A stretch of DNA of 64,000 nucleotides, from IMG/VR virus record IMGVR_UViG_2061766007_000327. The stretch is one strand, 5' to 3'. Positions 61,791-64,000 of this stretch are shown here, one piece after another. Both the position numbers and the translations under genes were made by a program. Under the pieces are notes generated by a model. It worked only from the letters and a program-made list of their open reading frames with translations, had not been told where the DNA came from and ran no database searches. Each line of letters opens with the position of its first letter. Position 1 is the first letter of the stretch. The stretch comes from an uncultured virus (IMG/VR IMGVR_UViG_2061766007_000327). Its lineage: Duplodnaviria; Heunggongvirae; Uroviricota; Caudoviricetes.

Positions 61791-62009
61791 ATGATAATTA
61801 ATTTTACAGGCTCTCCTTACGACTACGCAAAGAGCCTTCCCAAAAAGGAACTGCGAGCTTTGATCCGCGAGTGTAAGAAGGCGCGAGAGCAGGATTACAA
61901 CGAGTGGACTGACCGTTGTAGAGTATGCTTTGAAAGGGTCGCATCGGGGGACGACGAGCAGGCTCGTTGGTGGAGTAACCACGCAGAATTTGTAAGACCC
62001 GGCGAATGA
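61791..62009 (+). CDS. Hypothetical protein
   Basis: 72 aa after a promoter box, overlapping the next gene by ATGA. Confidence 0.55.
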   Translation: MIINFTGSPYDYAKSLPKKELRALIRECKKAREQDYNEWTDRCRVCFERVASGDDEQARWWSNHAEFVRPGE

Positions 62010-62407
62010 TCATAGAGACCCCCGAGCCGCAGAGGAGGAGAACGCACCATTCAAACGAGGGTAGGATCCAGGCAGAGTGTTTTGCTTGGTTTTGGAATGA
62101 ATTTCCCCAATACAGGAAGCTATTGTTCCACGTTCCAAATGAAAACGACAGAGCCGACAGTAATCCCATCCAGGGTGCAATCAGAAAGAGTCTTGGGGTC
62201 GTCCCGGGTGTTTCCGACCTTATTTTGCTTGTTCCTCGCGGTTCCCACGGCGCGCTTCTTATCGAAATGAAGGACGAAAAGGGGACTCAGAAGCCTGCGC
62301 AAAAGGAATGGCAAACCATAGTGGAGGCCCAGGGATACAAGTACTGCTTGTGCCGTAGTTTGGCACAATTTAAAAATGTGATCTCTGACTATTTGAATCT
62401 CAAATAA
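62006..62407 (+). CDS. VRR-NUC domain nuclease (putative Holliday junction resolvase)
   Basis: 'E..IQ', 'FHVPNE', 'GV..GVSDL', 'IEMK...G.Q...QK.W'. Confidence 0.88.
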   Translation: MIIETPEPQRRRTHHSNEGRIQAECFAWFWNEFPQYRKLLFHVPNENDRADSNPIQGAIRKSLGVVPGVSDLILLVPRGSHGALLIEMKDEKGTQKPAQKEWQTIVEAQGYKYCLCRSLAQFKNVISDYLNLK

Positions 62408-62447
62408 TTATCGCCATCTTTGCCTCATAAATTAGAATGACCGCATT

Positions 62448-63458
62448 ATGAGATATGTTCTTGATGAGCAAGGGCGTCGTTTCCCGAGCCTTTGGAAAGC
62501 CACGAAAGCCAATGGCGCAACATGTGGCGGAGCGTTACTAAAGAGGTTGAACAAAAAGGGTATTGTCAGGTCTGGAGGGCACACCTTCTATCTATATGAA
62601 GATGACCAGCCCATAACTCCTACGACGACAAATGTGGTCGTGCAGAAGGACCCTACCATGGAGCGTTTGAGAAAACGTTATTCCGATTCTGAGATAGAGG
62701 CCATCGCTAGGGGAGAGGGGATCGAACGTAGGATTATCGTTTTTCCGGAAATTCGGCTTACTGGTAAGCACCATAAGTTTGTAGTGATAAGCGACACCCA
62801 CGTCGGCAGCGTCTATTCCCCGTATGAGTGGCATAATGTCGTTTCTGATTATGTTAATAATAATGGTATCGAAGCCGTCCTGCATTGCGGAGACCTTGTG
62901 GAGGGGATGAAAATCCAGAGGATAGGCACACAGATATACGAATTGTCGGATATAGGATACGAGGCACAGAAAGCGAGAGCTGCGGAATTGTTATCAAAAT
63001 ACAAAGTTCCTATATATATGATCAGCGGAAACCACGATTTTTACTATCAAGAATATGCCGGGGCTAATATAATAAAGGCGCTATCCGACAGTTTGGATAA
63101 TCTGACATATATCGGGCACGATTCCGCAGATATAGATGTTGATGGTGCCACAATACGCCTTTTCCACGGAGGAGATGGCTCGAATTCCTACGCGGTTTCG
63201 TACCGGCTCCAGAAGTTATGCGAGGCGATTACTGGCGGAGAAAAACCGAATATCCTTATTGCCGGGCACGTCCATAAGTTCTGCTATATATTCGAACGCA
63301 ACATTCACGCGATCTCGGCTCCTTGTATGCAGATGCAGACCAACTTTATGAGAGGGAAGAAGTTGGCAGCGCATACGGGCTTCCTTGAATTAGAGTTCGA
63401 TGTGAACGACAAGAATATCTGTAACCTCGGTGTTAAATTCTTCCCTTTTTACGCTTAG
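62448..63458 (+). CDS. Calcineurin-like metallophosphoesterase
   Basis: Motifs SDTH, GDLVEG, GNHD, FHG and GHVH. Confidence 0.88.
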   Translation: MRYVLDEQGRRFPSLWKATKANGATCGGALLKRLNKKGIVRSGGHTFYLYEDDQPITPTTTNVVVQKDPTMERLRKRYSDSEIEAIARGEGIERRIIVFPEIRLTGKHHKFVVISDTHVGSVYSPYEWHNVVSDYVNNNGIEAVLHCGDLVEGMKIQRIGTQIYELSDIGYEAQKARAAELLSKYKVPIYMISGNHDFYYQEYAGANIIKALSDSLDNLTYIGHDSADIDVDGATIRLFHGGDGSNSYAVSYRLQKLCEAITGGEKPNILIAGHVHKFCYIFERNIHAISAPCMQMQTNFMRGKKLAAHTGFLELEFDVNDKNICNLGVKFFPFYA

Positions 63459-63461
63459 AAA

Positions 63462-64000
63462 ATGGCAACACCACTGATTCCATTACGACCACAGGGCTAT
63501 GTGTCTGACCTTAAGCCCGAGCAGCAGCTCGCGCTATCTTGGTTCGTATTGTCGAAATGCACGAGGAAGGAGGCTTTTATCCGCTTTGCCAGACCAGACC
63601 TAGCACTATCTAGCTCTGCACCTGCATTAGATAACCACGTCAAGGAGTTTTTTGCGTCCAAAAGTGCGAAGGAGTATATTGAAGCGTACACGAAAACAAT
63701 AGAAAATTTTCTACACCCCGCTCCTGCCGCGGAGTCAAAGGCGAAGGGCAGTATGGAAGAGCGGAAGGCGAGGGCAAAGACAAAACTGGTAGAGTTCGCT
63801 ATGAGCCTTGCCGATAATATCGAAAACGCTGGCGATCCCGAATTCGTCCTCAAAATAGCCGACAAGGCAGGGCTTCTCGATATGGAGGATAAGGTCGAGG
63901 AGCAGCCGAGGCGATATCTCCCCGAGACATGCGATGGCTGTGCATATCGAAAATTTGTCGAGGAGAACTGCGAAATAGTTGAGGACGGCACAGAAATTGA
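63462..64000 (+). CDS. Probable terminase small subunit-like protein (runs off the window)
   Basis: The frame MATPLIPLRP...YLPETCDGCAY... is open to the window end and is absent from the ORF track because it has no stop. It is helical and sits at the end of the replication module. Confidence 0.45.
   Translation, partial: MATPLIPLRPQGYVSDLKPEQQLALSWFVLSKCTRKEAFIRFARPDLALSSSAPALDNHVKEFFASKSAKEYIEAYTKTIENFLHPAPAAESKAKGSMEERKARAKTKLVEFAMSLADNIENAGDPEFVLKIADKAGLLDMEDKVEEQPRRYLPETCDGCAYRKFVEENCEIVEDGTEI

Noticed and set aside
1..64000. Stop-codon reassignment (genetic code 15 or 4), as in some gut phages
   Set aside because: Long genes are intact in code 11, and TAG and TGA end genes exactly where the next gene starts.

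Overview
The window is about 64 kb of a tailed dsDNA phage with siphovirus-type gene order. The host is most likely in the Bacteroidota, based on repeated TAnnTTTG promoter boxes and BACON-like domains. Layout: (+) capsid, neck, tail, tape measure, tail tip/fibre and lysis genes (1-25 kb); (+) an operon of unknown function starting with a Gly-rich coiled-coil protein (25.9-28.9 kb); (-) a long run of small early genes including an HTH protein, a serine recombinase and a GP88-like protein (28.9-47.3 kb); a non-coding strand-switch region with structured RNAs and iteron-like repeats (45.9-48.3 kb); and (+) replication, recombination and modification genes ending in a probable small terminase (48.3-64 kb). 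The most unusual features are: (1) a circularly permuted C5 cytosine methyltransferase flanked on both sides by stand-alone target-recognition-domain-like mini-ORFs; (2) an HNH endonuclease cassette next to a duplicated helicase 5' end, with an 8-nt gap (GGC-TAA-CC-GGC) in the helicase Walker A that looks like a ribosomal bypass; (3) a co-varying kissing-loop/loop-E RNA leader upstream of two HNH genes; (4) several tRNA-like RNAs with missing or replaced anticodon arms; and (5) a candidate ~400-nt structured ncRNA. All functional calls come from reading motifs by eye, and no database search was run. There are two assembly gaps (23646-23655 and 49363-49770).
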